DNA from: an uncultured Chthonomonadaceae bacterium
GTDB taxonomy: Bacteria; Armatimonadota; Chthonomonadetes; Chthonomonadales; Chthonomonadaceae
Reading direction: 5' to 3'
Length of the DNA: 64,000 nucleotides
NCBI GenBank assembly: GCA_963817895.1
Contig: CAWFQB010000001.1
Location: 928,001 to 992,000 of the forward strand
The position numbers were made by a program, and so were the translations under genes. Position 1 is the stretch's first letter. Each line of letters starts with the position of its first letter. The notes under the pieces were generated by a model, which searched no databases, had not been told where the DNA came from, and saw only the letters and a program-made list of their open reading frames with translations. Below, one piece after another: positions 39,361 to 49,912 of the stretch.

Positions 39361-39435
39361 AAGTTTTACTTCCTGTTCTCCTCTCCCAACTTTGGAGAAT
39401 ATTCTATGAACTTCGTTCCATCTATCATAAAATGG

Positions 39436-39486
39436 CCTCCCCTCTCCTGGCGCGTTGCGCGGCCAGGAGAGGGGCCGGGGGTGAGG
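39436..39486. repeat. GC-rich REP-like hairpin CCCCTCTCC..GGAGAGGGGCCGGGGGTGAGG
   Basis: Near-identical copy at 49776-49825. Confidence 0.8.
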
Positions 39487-39508
39487 TAGTTCCAGATAAG
39501 GTTGAGGG

Positions 39509-42500
39509 CTAATACCTTGTAATCGTCTCGTTCAGGTTCAGAATTATGCGGCAAACGTTTGTCCAGGCGGCGAGTTCAATCCTATCCGCGTTTTGCGGGA
39601 GGGGAGTCAGTCCGGTTGTCAGCAGTTTTCGGGCGTCGTCGGGCTGTTCCTGATAGGCTTTGCGTATCGTCGTCAGGAAGGTAAGCAGAGATTGCTTCTC
39701 CTTCGGTTTGGGTGAACGGGCAAGGGCGCGTTGAAACGCGGCTTCCAATCGCGCGCTATCTTCGCCCGCTTTTGCGCCGTTTCCGCCCGCCCTGACGTTG
39801 AGCAGTTGAGCGGCGAACACGCGGGCGGCTTCCACAAACGTCGGATCGTTGAGCAGTGTCAACGCCTGCTGCGGCGTGTTGGCAACGATGCGCGAAGCGA
39901 TACAATCCTCGCGGGAGGGCGCGTCGAAGTTGGCGAGCATGGGGTGCAAAAACGTCCGCTGCCGGTGCATGTACACGCCCCGGCGATACTGCCCATCATC
40001 GGGCGTCGCCACATAATCGCGGTCAGGAAACTGAATGTTGGCGTAATACCCGGCGGGCTGATACGGCTTGCATGGCGGCCCGCCAATTTCCGGGTTCAGC
40101 AATCCCGCCACCGCCAGCGCGTTGTCGCGAACGAACTCGGCTTCCAACCGGCGCGGATTCTGACTGGCAAGCAGGCGATTGTTCGGGTCGCTGTCACGCA
40201 GTTCCGGGCGCAGACTTGAGGACTGCCGGTAAGTGGACGATGTGACTATCAGGCGAACGAGACGCTTAACATTCCAGGAGGAGTTGAGAGTTGAGAGTTG
40301 AGAGTTTATAAGAACAGGGTCTTTCTCCTTTTTCCTTTCTCCTTTTTCCTCCGCAACGAAGTTGCAGGCCAGCCAGTCCAGCAGTTCGGGATGCGTGGGC
40401 CATTCGCCCTGCGCGCCCAGATCTTCCACCTGCGCGCTCAGGCCATTGCCGAAAAACTGTTTCCAGAGCCGGTTGACGAACACGCGGGCGGTGAGCGGAT
40501 TTTCGGGGGATACGATCCAGCGGGCAAGGTCGAGACGGGTCAGGGTCTGTGACGAAAAGCCGGATTTGGCTTGAAGCGCGGGTAGAAAATGCGGCGTGGC
40601 GGGCTGTACGATTTCGCCGCTCTCGTCCTGCCAGTTGCCGCGCGGCAGAACGCGCATGGTCATGGGTTTGGTGGCTTCCGTGACAAGAACGGGGGTGATA
40701 CCGCTCCGGCAGTTGAAAATGTCGTTTTGCAGCGACTTTGCCTGCGCGTAAGCGTCAGCCTGTTGGCCCGCGCCGAGCAAATACTGTGTCGCCAGCAATC
40801 CGCGGTCCAACGGCATTTTACTCCCCTCTAACGCGCCGCGCAATTGAGCCAAATATCGCGTTGAGAAGACGGGCGCGTTCGGCTGTTCGGGAATGAAGGG
40901 GGAACTCGCAAGGCGAATACAGCCTTCGCCCGCGTTCGGAACCGTGACCACAAGCGTATCGTCGAACGCGAGAGAAATGGGCTTATCCAGCAGCCATGAG
41001 GAAACATGCGCCCGTGACGCATGTTCCGCTGACAATTTCCAGCCTTTTTGTATGCCCACGACTTCAAAACCGCTGTTGTAGCGCGGTTCGGCATCGTTGG
41101 CGTCGGCGTAGCGGAAGAGGACAGGTTCTCGCTTACCATCCGCGCGCAAGACGCTTGCCGCCAGCGTTAAAGTTGCGGCCTGTACGCCCTTGCGGAAGAT
41201 AGAATTGCCATTGGCGGCATGAGGCAAAACTTCCAGCCGCAGACACGCCAGCCATGCGGAAGACGGATGCAGCGTCAGTTCGATACTGCCCCCGGCCTTG
41301 TCCGTCAGCAGAATACTGCCGTCCAATTCGGGGCGCAGTTCGGATGCTTCCGTTGCATCGGCAACCGCTTTCAGGACAGGTTTGTCCGCCGATTTTGCCT
41401 GCGACGCTTTTTCAACAGGCGTTGATACTGCCACTGTCACTGCCGCCTTTTTCAACGGGGGCTTGGGCTTCATTGCGGGCGCGTTTGTGGCGCGGATTTC
41501 GGACGCGGCAGCGATTTCCCAGCCGTCGGGATGGTTGGTCAGGAACGCTGAAGCAGATTTTTGCCAGCCGTTCAGGGCGGCTTGCGCGGCAGGATTGGTT
41601 TGGGTGGCTTCGAGGGCGCTCAGAGCAATATTCCCAATTTGCGCCTGCTCCTGCGCGATTCGCGTTTTCAGATAGCGGCTTTCCACCTTGATTTCGGGCG
41701 GGAAGGGATAATCGTTGTTGTAGCCGCGCAGGTCGGGGTTGGGCGTATACCCGTAATCCGCGTACACGCCCCACTGCTTCATGTCGGCGAAGAACGCGCC
41801 CAGGGCATAAAAGTCTTTTTGCGAAATGGGATCGTACTTGTGGTCGTGGCACTCCGCGCAGCCGAAAGTGGAGCCTAACCACGTCATGCTGACCGTCCGA
41901 ACGCGATCCGCCGCGTATTTGGCAAGGTACTCTTTGGCCTGCGCCCCGCCCTCCCGCGTCATCATGTTCAGGCGGTTGAAGCACGTTGCCGCGCGGGTTT
42001 CGGGCGTGGCATTTGGCAGCAAATCGCCCGCAATCTGCTCAATCGTAAATTGGTCGAACGGCTTGTTGCGATTGAACGAGTCAATCACGTAATCGCGGTA
42101 CGCCCATACGTTCTGATTCTGGTCGCCATGAAAGCCAACTGTATCCGCGTAACGCGCTAAATCCAGCCATGGAACCGCCATACGTTCGCCGTAATGCGGG
42201 GAAGCAAGCAGCCGATCCACCACTTTTTCATAAGTATTCGGAGATTTATCAGCCACAAACGCGGCCACTTCGGCGGGCGTGGGCGGAATACCAATCAAGT
42301 CCAGCGAGACGCGGCGGATCAGCGTCCGTTTGTCGGCTTCGGGCGAGGGCGCGATTCGCTTTGTGTTCAGTTTGTCCAGAATGAAAGCGTCAATCGGATT
42401 GCGAACAGGAAAATTTGTAAGTGGGTGAACGACAGGAACAGCAGGGCGAACGGGCGGAAGATAGGCCCAGTGCGCCTGATACTCGCCCCCTTCGGCAATC

Positions 42501-42901
42501 CAGCGCGTGAGCAGATTCTGCTGTTGCGGCGTGAGCGATTTATGCGAGGATACGGGCGGCATCACGCTTGCGTCTGTGGCGTAGATGCGAGTCAGCAACG
42601 CGCTTTGCTTCGGCTTGCCGGGAACAATCGCGCGTTTATCCAGCGCGGATTGCGCGACATCCAGGCGTAAACCGGCCTGCCGATTGTTCTTGTCCGGCCC
42701 GTGACATTGGAAGCAGTTTTCCGAAAGGATGGGGCGAATATCGCGGTTGTATTGCAGTTTTCGCCCGGAATCCGCCTGCGCATGGGACAGGGTTAGCATG
42801 GGCATCAGCAGGACTGCAAGGGCTACGCCCCGCGCCGCTTGAAGCAAAGCGCTTTTAGCTAAAAGAGGACGCTGTTTGGAGGACAATCCCATAATCCGCA
42901 A
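39509..42901 (-). CDS. PSD1 / planctomycete cytochrome c domain protein (DUF1549 + DUF1553)
   Basis: CFQCHG, WLDLARYADT, CAECHDHKYDP, PTHPELLDWLA, NTPQQALTLLN. Confidence 0.92.
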   Translation of the reverse strand: MRIMGLSSKQRPLLAKSALLQAARGVALAVLLMPMLTLSHAQADSGRKLQYNRDIRPILSENCFQCHGPDKNNRQAGLRLDVAQSALDKRAIVPGKPKQSALLTRIYATDASVMPPVSSHKSLTPQQQNLLTRWIAEGGEYQAHWAYLPPVRPAVPVVHPLTNFPVRNPIDAFILDKLNTKRIAPSPEADKRTLIRRVSLDLIGIPPTPAEVAAFVADKSPNTYEKVVDRLLASPHYGERMAVPWLDLARYADTVGFHGDQNQNVWAYRDYVIDSFNRNKPFDQFTIEQIAGDLLPNATPETRAATCFNRLNMMTREGGAQAKEYLAKYAADRVRTVSMTWLGSTFGCAECHDHKYDPISQKDFYALGAFFADMKQWGVYADYGYTPNPDLRGYNNDYPFPPEIKVESRYLKTRIAQEQAQIGNIALSALEATQTNPAAQAALNGWQKSASAFLTNHPDGWEIAAASEIRATNAPAMKPKPPLKKAAVTVAVSTPVEKASQAKSADKPVLKAVADATEASELRPELDGSILLTDKAGGSIELTLHPSSAWLACLRLEVLPHAANGNSIFRKGVQAATLTLAASVLRADGKREPVLFRYADANDAEPRYNSGFEVVGIQKGWKLSAEHASRAHVSSWLLDKPISLAFDDTLVVTVPNAGEGCIRLASSPFIPEQPNAPVFSTRYLAQLRGALEGSKMPLDRGLLATQYLLGAGQQADAYAQAKSLQNDIFNCRSGITPVLVTEATKPMTMRVLPRGNWQDESGEIVQPATPHFLPALQAKSGFSSQTLTRLDLARWIVSPENPLTARVFVNRLWKQFFGNGLSAQVEDLGAQGEWPTHPELLDWLACNFVAEEKGERKKEKDPVLINSQLSTLNSSWNVKRLVRLIVTSSTYRQSSSLRPELRDSDPNNRLLASQNPRRLEAEFVRDNALAVAGLLNPEIGGPPCKPYQPAGYYANIQFPDRDYVATPDDGQYRRGVYMHRQRTFLHPMLANFDAPSREDCIASRIVANTPQQALTLLNDPTFVEAARVFAAQLLNVRAGGNGAKAGEDSARLEAAFQRALARSPKPKEKQSLLTFLTTIRKAYQEQPDDARKLLTTGLTPLPQNADRIELAAWTNVCRIILNLNETITRY

Positions 42902-42923
42902 TTCCTTTATAGCGCAGGGGCTG

Positions 42924-43301
42924 TTAAAGCGCGCGTATATCGTTGAGAAGTGTTATAGCTGACTCTTCAGCATCCTCCCAATTCTGTTCCCAATCCGTGT
43001 ATGCTGGACTATCAGGAGGAAATTGATAATCCGCCACTTCACGTAAAGTTTTAAGACTGTCGTATACGGCGGCCAGAACAGAATCCCGCACATCAATTTG
43101 TTGCTTCACCAGAGTATGTACACCCTGTTTTGCCGTGATGCCAAACTTGTCCCGTCCGGCCAGGAAAGCGGCGTAGTAGGCGCGGTTTACTGCCGCGCGC
43201 CACATAACCTCTTTATCTGTCGCGTTCTCTAAAGCCTTCGCCTGTTCCGCCAATTTCTGCGCCAGCGAAAGCAAACGTCGAGGGCTAATGGGCAACGCCA
43301 T
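42924..43301 (-). CDS. HEPN-domain protein (toxin-like)
   Basis: RAAVNRAYYAAF and LREVADY motifs. Confidence 0.78.
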   Translation of the reverse strand: MALPISPRRLLSLAQKLAEQAKALENATDKEVMWRAAVNRAYYAAFLAGRDKFGITAKQGVHTLVKQQIDVRDSVLAAVYDSLKTLREVADYQFPPDSPAYTDWEQNWEDAEESAITLLNDIRAL

Positions 43302-43710
43302 TGGACCTCCAACGGATAGTCGGAATAATACTGTTCCGAATTGCATTCTGGTGAGCAACAGGCAGGACGCTGAACCAAGGATTGTACGCTTTGTAAAACT
43401 GGCGGCGATAAGCAAGCGCATCAGCAACAGGAAGGTCAACAATCTGCGTTATGACAATGTGTTCCGAACCGTCTTCCGGGCTGGTATGTCCATAGAGATT
43501 TACGCTGCATACGGAAACATCGTGGCGACGGGCTTCCGAATGGAGGAACTCCAGCGCGGCATTAACCGCCGGCAGCAGGGCGGGCGTCAGCATGGCGCGG
43601 GCGTTGTCCAGCACATCGAGGTCGTTCTCCGGCGAAAACAAACCGTCTTCGTTAAACGAAACCAGAGAGTTTGTCGGCAAAGCAAGTTTCGACTCATTTT
43701 CCAATAACAT
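43285..43710 (-). CDS. Putative MNT-like antitoxin partner of the HEPN gene
   Basis: Overlaps the HEPN start; VNLYG..PEDG motif; AGGAG SD. Confidence 0.5.
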   Translation of the reverse strand: MLLENESKLALPTNSLVSFNEDGLFSPENDLDVLDNARAMLTPALLPAVNAALEFLHSEARRHDVSVCSVNLYGHTSPEDGSEHIVITQIVDLPVADALAYRRQFYKAYNPWFSVLPVAHQNAIRNSIIPTIRWRSNGVAH

Positions 43711-43905
43711 CGCTTTTCTCCTGCATCCCACCTGTCGGCAAGGCTTGTGCCGGATGCCATGCGCAACCGATCACGCCATTGCCGTAATGTCTTTTATTAT
43801 CGGCGGCAACACATTCGCGGCAAATATTCAGACACTCTAACATTGTATCACACCAGCCGGGATTTGAGAAAAGCTCACCATAAATGCCTGAACCGTCCCC
43901 GGCTT

Positions 43906-44841
43906 TCACACATCCCCGGCAATGGCGGCAGGGAACGCCTGTTTTGCGCGGAGGGCGCAGGCGACGCCGAACAACAACAGCGCGGCTCCCGCCATTTGCC
44001 CGATTGTTACGGCCTCTTTCAGCAGCAGCCACGCCAGTACGCCCGCGAAAACGGGTTCCAGCAGGGTGGCGGTGGATACCTGTCCGGCGGAAAAGTGGCG
44101 TAGCGAACGGTTCAGAGCGGTGTGTCCGAGCAGTTGCGGAACCAGCGCCATGCCGATTACGGAAAACCACACGCGCCCGGTCAGGGGCAAGCGCAAACTC
44201 CCCTGTATCAGAACGATCAGCCACAGGCACAGGGCGGCGGAACTGTACGCCCAGGTGACGGCGCGCAGTGTGCCGAACGTGTTTTGGGCGCGCTGAACCA
44301 GCAGCAGATACGGCACAATCAGCAGCCCGCCCGTCATTGCCAGCGCGTCGCCCTGCCACGCCGCGCCACCCGCAGGCAGAGACAATTGAGAATGAGCTAC
44401 GCCCTGCGTGGTGACGAGGAAAATGCCCGGAGCGGCAATCAGCAGGCCGAGCCAGAAACCGCGCCCCACCCGCAGGCCGGGAATCCACAGCCCCAACACT
44501 CCCGCCCACAGGGGCGAAGTCGTGACCAGCAGGGTCGAACGCGCGATAGGCACATAGTTGAGGGATGCAAACCACGTCACGAAATGCAGGGCCAGACACG
44601 CGCCCGCAACCATGAGCCGCGCCTGCTCGACATGCGGCAGGGCAGGTTCCGGCGCAATGGATTTAGGCGTATGCCGCAGTGTCCGCATGACGCGCCACGC
44701 CAGCAGCGCCCCCGAAGCGATTGTCAGCCGCCACAATGCCAGCAGTAACGCGCTCATGCCGCCATCCAGTCCCAAACGTGCCAGCAATCCCGACGCCCCG
44801 ACCGCGAGAATACCGCCCATCAGCAGAAGATAATGCCGCAT
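43906..44841 (-). CDS. DMT/EamA family transporter
   Basis: About ten hydrophobic segments; ALHFVTWFASL, GHTALN, LLEPVFA. Confidence 0.9.
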   Translation of the reverse strand: MRHYLLLMGGILAVGASGLLARLGLDGGMSALLLALWRLTIASGALLAWRVMRTLRHTPKSIAPEPALPHVEQARLMVAGACLALHFVTWFASLNYVPIARSTLLVTTSPLWAGVLGLWIPGLRVGRGFWLGLLIAAPGIFLVTTQGVAHSQLSLPAGGAAWQGDALAMTGGLLIVPYLLLVQRAQNTFGTLRAVTWAYSSAALCLWLIVLIQGSLRLPLTGRVWFSVIGMALVPQLLGHTALNRSLRHFSAGQVSTATLLEPVFAGVLAWLLLKEAVTIGQMAGAALLLFGVACALRAKQAFPAAIAGDV

Positions 44842-44933
44842 TGTTAATCGTCCGGTCCTGAAACATACCTATATCGCGGCCCTCTATGCCGATACCTCTC
44901 GTCTACTCCGATGGATCCCACCGTATCATCCGC

Positions 44934-45326
44934 TCACAGGCGCTTCATCATCAGTTCGCGAATCTCGCCATCAGAAAACATGCCATCTGTGCGTAGCGCG
45001 TACGCGCAGCGCATTTCCAGAACGCCCGGATTGAAATCAATAGACATTTCAGACTTGGTCTTGACGTTCTTCAGCCGAATCAACTGCAAGCTCTCCTGTA
45101 CCGCTTCCTTGCCCAGTTCATCGGCGCAGATGACTCGAAAGGCCATATTGGTACGGTGGCAGGAGAGATTGTCCAGAAAGTTCAAGGCTTCCAGGTCGTC
45201 GGCAAAACTGTCCCAATCCACTTCGTAGCGGATTGCGCCACCGCAAATTTCCGCCAGTTCCGCCTCGCGCTCCGGGAAGGTGATTTCCTGAAGTTCTTTC
45301 ATCTTGCGTTTTTCGTTCAATCCCAT
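44934..45326 (-). CDS. Hypothetical protein
   Basis: 130-aa ORF with host-like codon use and AAAGGAG SD. Confidence 0.75.
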   Translation of the reverse strand: MGLNEKRKMKELQEITFPEREAELAEICGGAIRYEVDWDSFADDLEALNFLDNLSCHRTNMAFRVICADELGKEAVQESLQLIRLKNVKTKSEMSIDFNPGVLEMRCAYALRTDGMFSDGEIRELMMKRL

Positions 45327-45555
45327 AGGAGTTCTCCTTTGATCGTTGCTGCCGGTTGCCGCCTGCGCCTATTTCGAGTAAAAGCCGTCTGTGCCTGTTT
45401 TATTCGCCATCAGCCGTGCCATTGCCTGCATTTATACAATTTGCGGCAATATTTGTGGAAAGAATCAGGAATAGCAGGCAGGCGTCTATAATATACCTGG
45501 CAGGCGAAAAGGGTAACGAATAGTCAATATCCAACATCTTAACCTGCAGGAGAAA

Positions 45556-46347
45556 ATGCTTATGTCTGCGTTGTTGTCGCTGTCTTTGCGTTCCCGTAAA
45601 CAGATTGGAAAAGATAGCGAAGCCGTTGAAGCGATAGAAACGCCTGTGGAATGGAAGGCAACCGAAACTGCTGTTATCGTGTGCGATATGTGGGACAAGC
45701 ACTGGTGCGCAGGCGCGTCGCGCCGGGTGGACGACATGGCTCCGCGCATGAACCTTGCGCTGCACAACCTTCGGAACCGGGGCGCGCTGATACTCCACGC
45801 GCCGAGCGATACCATAGAGTTTTACGCGGATACGCCACAACGGCAGCGGGCGCAAAATGCCCCAATCGCGCCCGCCCCGGAAGACATTCATGCGTGGCAC
45901 AAACTCGATCCCGCCCGCGAACCTCCCTTGCCCATAGACGACTCGGACAACGGCTGCGACGACCTGCCCGCCTGCCCGCCGTACAAAGCGTGGACGCGCC
46001 AGCATCCCGCGCTGGAAATCGCGCCACAGGACGCCATCAGCGACAACGGGGCCGAAGTTTACAATCTGCTGCAGCAGCATGGCATCCAGAACGTGATTGT
46101 GATGGGGGTTCATACCAATATGTGCGTGTTGGGCCGCTCGTTCGGCATACGGCGGCTGGTGAAAGCCGGCTTTAACGTTGCCCTGATGCGCGACATGACC
46201 GACGCCCTGTACAATCCCCGCTCCTTCCCCTACGTCAGCCACGAACGCGGCACGGAACTGGTCATCGAACACATCGAGCGGTACTGGTGTGGCAGCATTG
46301 GAAGATACGAGATAGGAGATACGAGATACGAGTCAACACTGATTTGA
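45556..46347 (+). CDS. Isochorismatase-family cysteine hydrolase
   Basis: VCDMWDKHWC, GVHTNMCVLGR, RDMTDA. Confidence 0.85.
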   Translation: MLMSALLSLSLRSRKQIGKDSEAVEAIETPVEWKATETAVIVCDMWDKHWCAGASRRVDDMAPRMNLALHNLRNRGALILHAPSDTIEFYADTPQRQRAQNAPIAPAPEDIHAWHKLDPAREPPLPIDDSDNGCDDLPACPPYKAWTRQHPALEIAPQDAISDNGAEVYNLLQQHGIQNVIVMGVHTNMCVLGRSFGIRRLVKAGFNVALMRDMTDALYNPRSFPYVSHERGTELVIEHIERYWCGSIGRYEIGDTRYESTLI

Positions 46348-46421
46348 ACAATTCTCTCTACAAGGATGAACAGACTGGAGAGTAGTTCTTACTCGTATCT
46401 CCTATCTCGTATCTCGTATCT
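46303..46421. repeat. GATACGA / TCGTATC inverted-arm element overlapping the isochorismatase 3' end
   Basis: Heptamer arms; the left arm is translated as RYEIGDTRYE. Confidence 0.8.
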
Positions 46422-46435
46422 TCAAGGAGTTCTCA

Positions 46436-47416
46436 ATGTCCAACAAAATCCGCGTAGCCTTCGTAGGCGCGGGCAGCATGGCGAATAGCGCGCATTATCC
46501 CTCACTAGCGTCGCTGGAAGATGTGGAAATCGCCGCGATTTGCGAACTTGACGAGGCGCGGCTGAACGCGACTGCGGACAAGTTCGGCGTTAAGGGGCGA
46601 TACGCGGCGCGAAACTTCGACGATTATCAGCGCATGGTGGCGGACATCAACCCGGACGCCGTGTATGTCATCGGGCAGCCCAACATCATGTACCCGATCT
46701 GGAAATGGTTTCTGGAGCAGGGACGCAATCTGTACATCGAAAAGCCGCTCGGCCTGTCGCTGCATCAGGCGCGTTCCCTCGCGTATCTTGCCCACAAACA
46801 CGGCTGTATCACGCAGGTCAGTTTTCAGCGGCGTTCGTGTCCTCTCGTTGTGCAATTGCGCGACGAGTGTTTGAAGCGCGGGCCGATGGTTCATGCCGTG
46901 TGCGAGTTTTACAAATACGCGCCCACTCCGTTTCTGGATGCGCGCGACCATATGATGGACGATGGCGTTCACGCGATTGATACTCTGCGCTGGATGTGCG
47001 GGGGCGAAGTCGTGGAGATTCTGCCCGTTACGCGCAGTGTCGGCGTTCCCGACCTGAACTTTTTCGCCGTTCTGCTGCGCTTCGACAACGGCGCGACGGG
47101 CATAATGCTCAACAGTTGGACGAGTGGGCGGCGCGTTTTCCGCGTACAGATGCATGCTCCGGGTATTTGCGCCGAAGCCGAACACGAGGGCAAAGGCGTG
47201 TTGTACGCGGACGGCGACACGGCAGGAATCTGGTATGACACCCGTGAAGTGGCGGGCAGTGACGAATTGTACCAGTATGGCGGCTTCCGCGCCAAACACC
47301 GCGAATTCATAGACTGCGTGAAAACCAAACAGCAGCCCTCTTCCTGTTTCGCCGACGCCCTGAAAACAATGGAAGTCGCAGAAAAGATTTTGGCGATGGG
47401 GTTGTTGCAGGGTTGA
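46436..47416 (+). CDS. Gfo/Idh/MocA oxidoreductase
   Basis: VGAGSMA, IEKP, DDGVHAID. Confidence 0.92.
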   Translation: MSNKIRVAFVGAGSMANSAHYPSLASLEDVEIAAICELDEARLNATADKFGVKGRYAARNFDDYQRMVADINPDAVYVIGQPNIMYPIWKWFLEQGRNLYIEKPLGLSLHQARSLAYLAHKHGCITQVSFQRRSCPLVVQLRDECLKRGPMVHAVCEFYKYAPTPFLDARDHMMDDGVHAIDTLRWMCGGEVVEILPVTRSVGVPDLNFFAVLLRFDNGATGIMLNSWTSGRRVFRVQMHAPGICAEAEHEGKGVLYADGDTAGIWYDTREVAGSDELYQYGGFRAKHREFIDCVKTKQQPSSCFADALKTMEVAEKILAMGLLQG

Positions 47417-47553
47417 GGGAGTCGCATTATTACAGCATTGGCGCAAAATTAACTACGAAGTCTGTCCGCGCAGGCGGACATTTGGCGGAACGCCCCATAG
47501 CAAAGAAATTCATTTCGTTGCTACCGTATGATAACAGCAGGCAGGAGAAAAAC

Positions 47554-48348
47554 TTGAGCAACATTACGTTTACCGTGTTTACCAAGCCGTGGAAACTGGA
47601 ATTGGAAGCGTTGGCGCTTCATGTGAAGCAGTTAGGCTTTGACGGCGTAGAACTTCCTGTGCGGCCCGGTTATTCGGTCACGCCGGAAAATGTCACAACC
47701 AAACTGTCCCGCGCCGTGAAGGTATTAGGCGAACAGGGCTTGAAGATCGCCAGCATTGCCGGGCCGACGGACGAGAAAACCTTTGCCGCGTGTCAGGAAG
47801 CGGGCGTGCCTGTTGTTCGTATATGCGTGGGGATGCGCGAGGGCGAGGGGTATATGGCGGGCGAAGCGCGATTGCAGCGCGAATACGAGCAGATGCTCCC
47901 CCTGCTGGAAAAATACGGCGTCACGCTCGGCCTTCAAAACCACTCCGGCAACCGGGACGTGTGCAACGCGATGGGCCTGCGCCACCTGATGGAGCGGTTC
48001 AATCCCAAACAGATCGGCGCGGTATGGGACGCGGGCCACAATGGACTGGAGGGCGAAGCGCCCGAAAGCGCGATAGATATTATCTGGCCGCACCTGTGCA
48101 TGGTGAACCTCAAAAGCGCGTACTGGCGCGTCCAAAACAGTGCGGACGCGCCCCACCCGACGTGGAAACCGTACTGGACGCTGGGCGAAGTCGGACGCGC
48201 CAACTGGCCCCGCGTCGTGGCGGAATTGCAAAAGCGCGAGTACAGCGGCGTGGTTTGCCTGACCGCCGAGTATACGGACGAGGATCAGGTAGACCGCAAC
48301 ATTGCCCACGACATCGCTTATGCCCGTTCGCTGTTTGCGCAACCGTAG
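47554..48348 (+). CDS. Sugar phosphate isomerase/epimerase
   Basis: GFDGVEL, LQNHSG, WDAGH, VNLK; TTG start after AGGAG. Confidence 0.85.
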   Translation: MSNITFTVFTKPWKLELEALALHVKQLGFDGVELPVRPGYSVTPENVTTKLSRAVKVLGEQGLKIASIAGPTDEKTFAACQEAGVPVVRICVGMREGEGYMAGEARLQREYEQMLPLLEKYGVTLGLQNHSGNRDVCNAMGLRHLMERFNPKQIGAVWDAGHNGLEGEAPESAIDIIWPHLCMVNLKSAYWRVQNSADAPHPTWKPYWTLGEVGRANWPRVVAELQKREYSGVVCLTAEYTDEDQVDRNIAHDIAYARSLFAQP

Positions 48349-48444
48349 TTTCACGCGCCTTATATCTGCGAGCGATGTAAAGTATGGAAACATCAGGCGC
48401 AAGCAAAGAGGGTTGAAGGCAGTTACCCTCAACCCTCACTCTTT

Positions 48445-48777
48445 TCACGCTACCGGCTGCGCGCTGACGCCATCGGGAGCGGCTTCCACCACCATCGGAA
48501 CTTCACCCGTTGCAGGTTCGGCGACTACCGGCGTGTACACGCTGACGCGCCGCCGGGTTGTCGGTCCCTCATACGTCACCACGCCGTCAATCAGCGCGAA
48601 CAGGGTATAATCCCGGCCCATACCGACGTTCTTGCCCGGATGCAGCTTGGTCCCGCACTGGCGCACCAAAATATACCCCGCGCGCACAATTTCGCCGCCA
48701 TACTTCTTCACGCCCCGGTACTGGGGGTTGCTGTCGCGCCCGTTGCGCGAACTTCCCACGCCTTTTTTGTGTGCCAT
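48445..48777 (-). CDS. rpmA: 50S ribosomal protein L27
   Basis: [16 protein letters not shown]. Confidence 0.98.
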   Translation of the reverse strand: MAHKKGVGSSRNGRDSNPQYRGVKKYGGEIVRAGYILVRQCGTKLHPGKNVGMGRDYTLFALIDGVVTYEGPTTRRRVSVYTPVVAEPATGEVPMVVEAAPDGVSAQPVA

Positions 48778-48794
48778 TGTGAGTCTCCTGAGAA

Positions 48795-48883
48795 GGGAGT
48801 AGGGAGTAGGTTGTAGGGAGTAGGAAAAGCCGTGTTTGACTTGTGCAGTGTTCCCACTCCCTACTCCCTACAACCTACTCCCT
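48795..48883. repeat. GGGAGTA / TACTCCC inverted-arm element between rplU and rpmA
   Basis: Heptamer arms flanking a ~30-nt core. Confidence 0.8.
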
Positions 48884-48885
48884 TC

Positions 48886-49197
48886 CTACGCCTGTATGCT
48901 TTCGATGCGCAGCCGGGTCAACTGCTGGCGATGCCCGTAGCGCTTGCGAATGTTCTTTTTGGCCTTGAACGTGATCGCGTTGATCTTCTTGCCGAGTTCG
49001 TGATCCAGAATTTTGGCGACCACTTTCGCGCCGGAAACCATCGGAGCGCCGACTTGCAGGCCGCTGTCGCCCTGCACCATCAGCACCTGCGTAAGTTCCA
49101 CCATCGCGTTGAGTTCGCCTTCGATCTTTTCTACCTGAATGGTGCTGCCTTCGCGCACCGTGTATTGCTTGCCGCCCGTTTTGACAATCGCGTACAT
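48886..49197 (-). CDS. rplU: 50S ribosomal protein L21
   Basis: MYAIVKTGGKQY, GHRQ. Confidence 0.98.
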   Translation of the reverse strand: MYAIVKTGGKQYTVREGSTIQVEKIEGELNAMVELTQVLMVQGDSGLQVGAPMVSGAKVVAKILDHELGKKINAITFKAKKNIRKRYGHRQQLTRLRIESIQA

Positions 49198-49221
49198 TGT
49201 TTGCTCCTGCGCAATCTAAAA

Positions 49222-49286
49222 GGTGAGAGTGGAGAGTGAGAGTGAGAGTAAATGTGTATCTACCCTCACTCTCCACTCTCACTCTC
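49222..49286. repeat. GAGAGT / ACTCTC inverted-arm element upstream of rplU
   Basis: Sibling of 35953-36038. Confidence 0.75.
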
Positions 49287-49775
49287 GCTTCCCCTGCTAT
49301 TTGCTTGCCTGGCAGCGACATTCGATTGTCCCATTTCAATACCAACTTGGTTCGATTAAAATTACCATAACCGAATTGCCCCTGGCAGGCGTGACAAATG
49401 CCCTGAATTTGAAGTCAGCGTTGAAATATACCACACGCGCCGCGCCAAAGTCAACCGCAGTCTTATATTTTGGTTGATCGGCGGATGCAGGTCAGGAGGG
49501 CGCGTTTCAAAATCAAGGCGCGTCCAAAAATTTTAATTCTCTTTCAGGATTATGGCGGAAACATGGCGGCAACATTCGCCGGATATACTGCTAGTGTACG
49601 ATGAACGTACACCACGCGGCGGGGTCGCCGCGCATCCTGTTTCACACGCAATCCTTCGCGTGTCCCGCTTTGTCTGCACCGCTGCTTTCTCCGGCAATGT
49701 CGCCTCCCGATAACGTCATCTTTCCCTGACCGCACATTTCAATTGCGTACTTATTCGCCTCATTCCATAAAGCGT

Positions 49776-49825
49776 CTCCCCTCTCCTAGCGCGTTGCGCG
49801 GCAAGGAGAGGGGCCGGGGGTGAGG
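49776..49825. repeat. GC-rich REP-like hairpin
   Basis: Near-identical to 39436-39486. Confidence 0.8.
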
Positions 49826-49912
49826 TAGAAACGCTCGTTTTCAACAGATTTTTCCGACTGTTCCGCGCCGAAATTCCGGCTGCGCGGCGGTCGTTTCGGA
49901 GGCACAACACTC

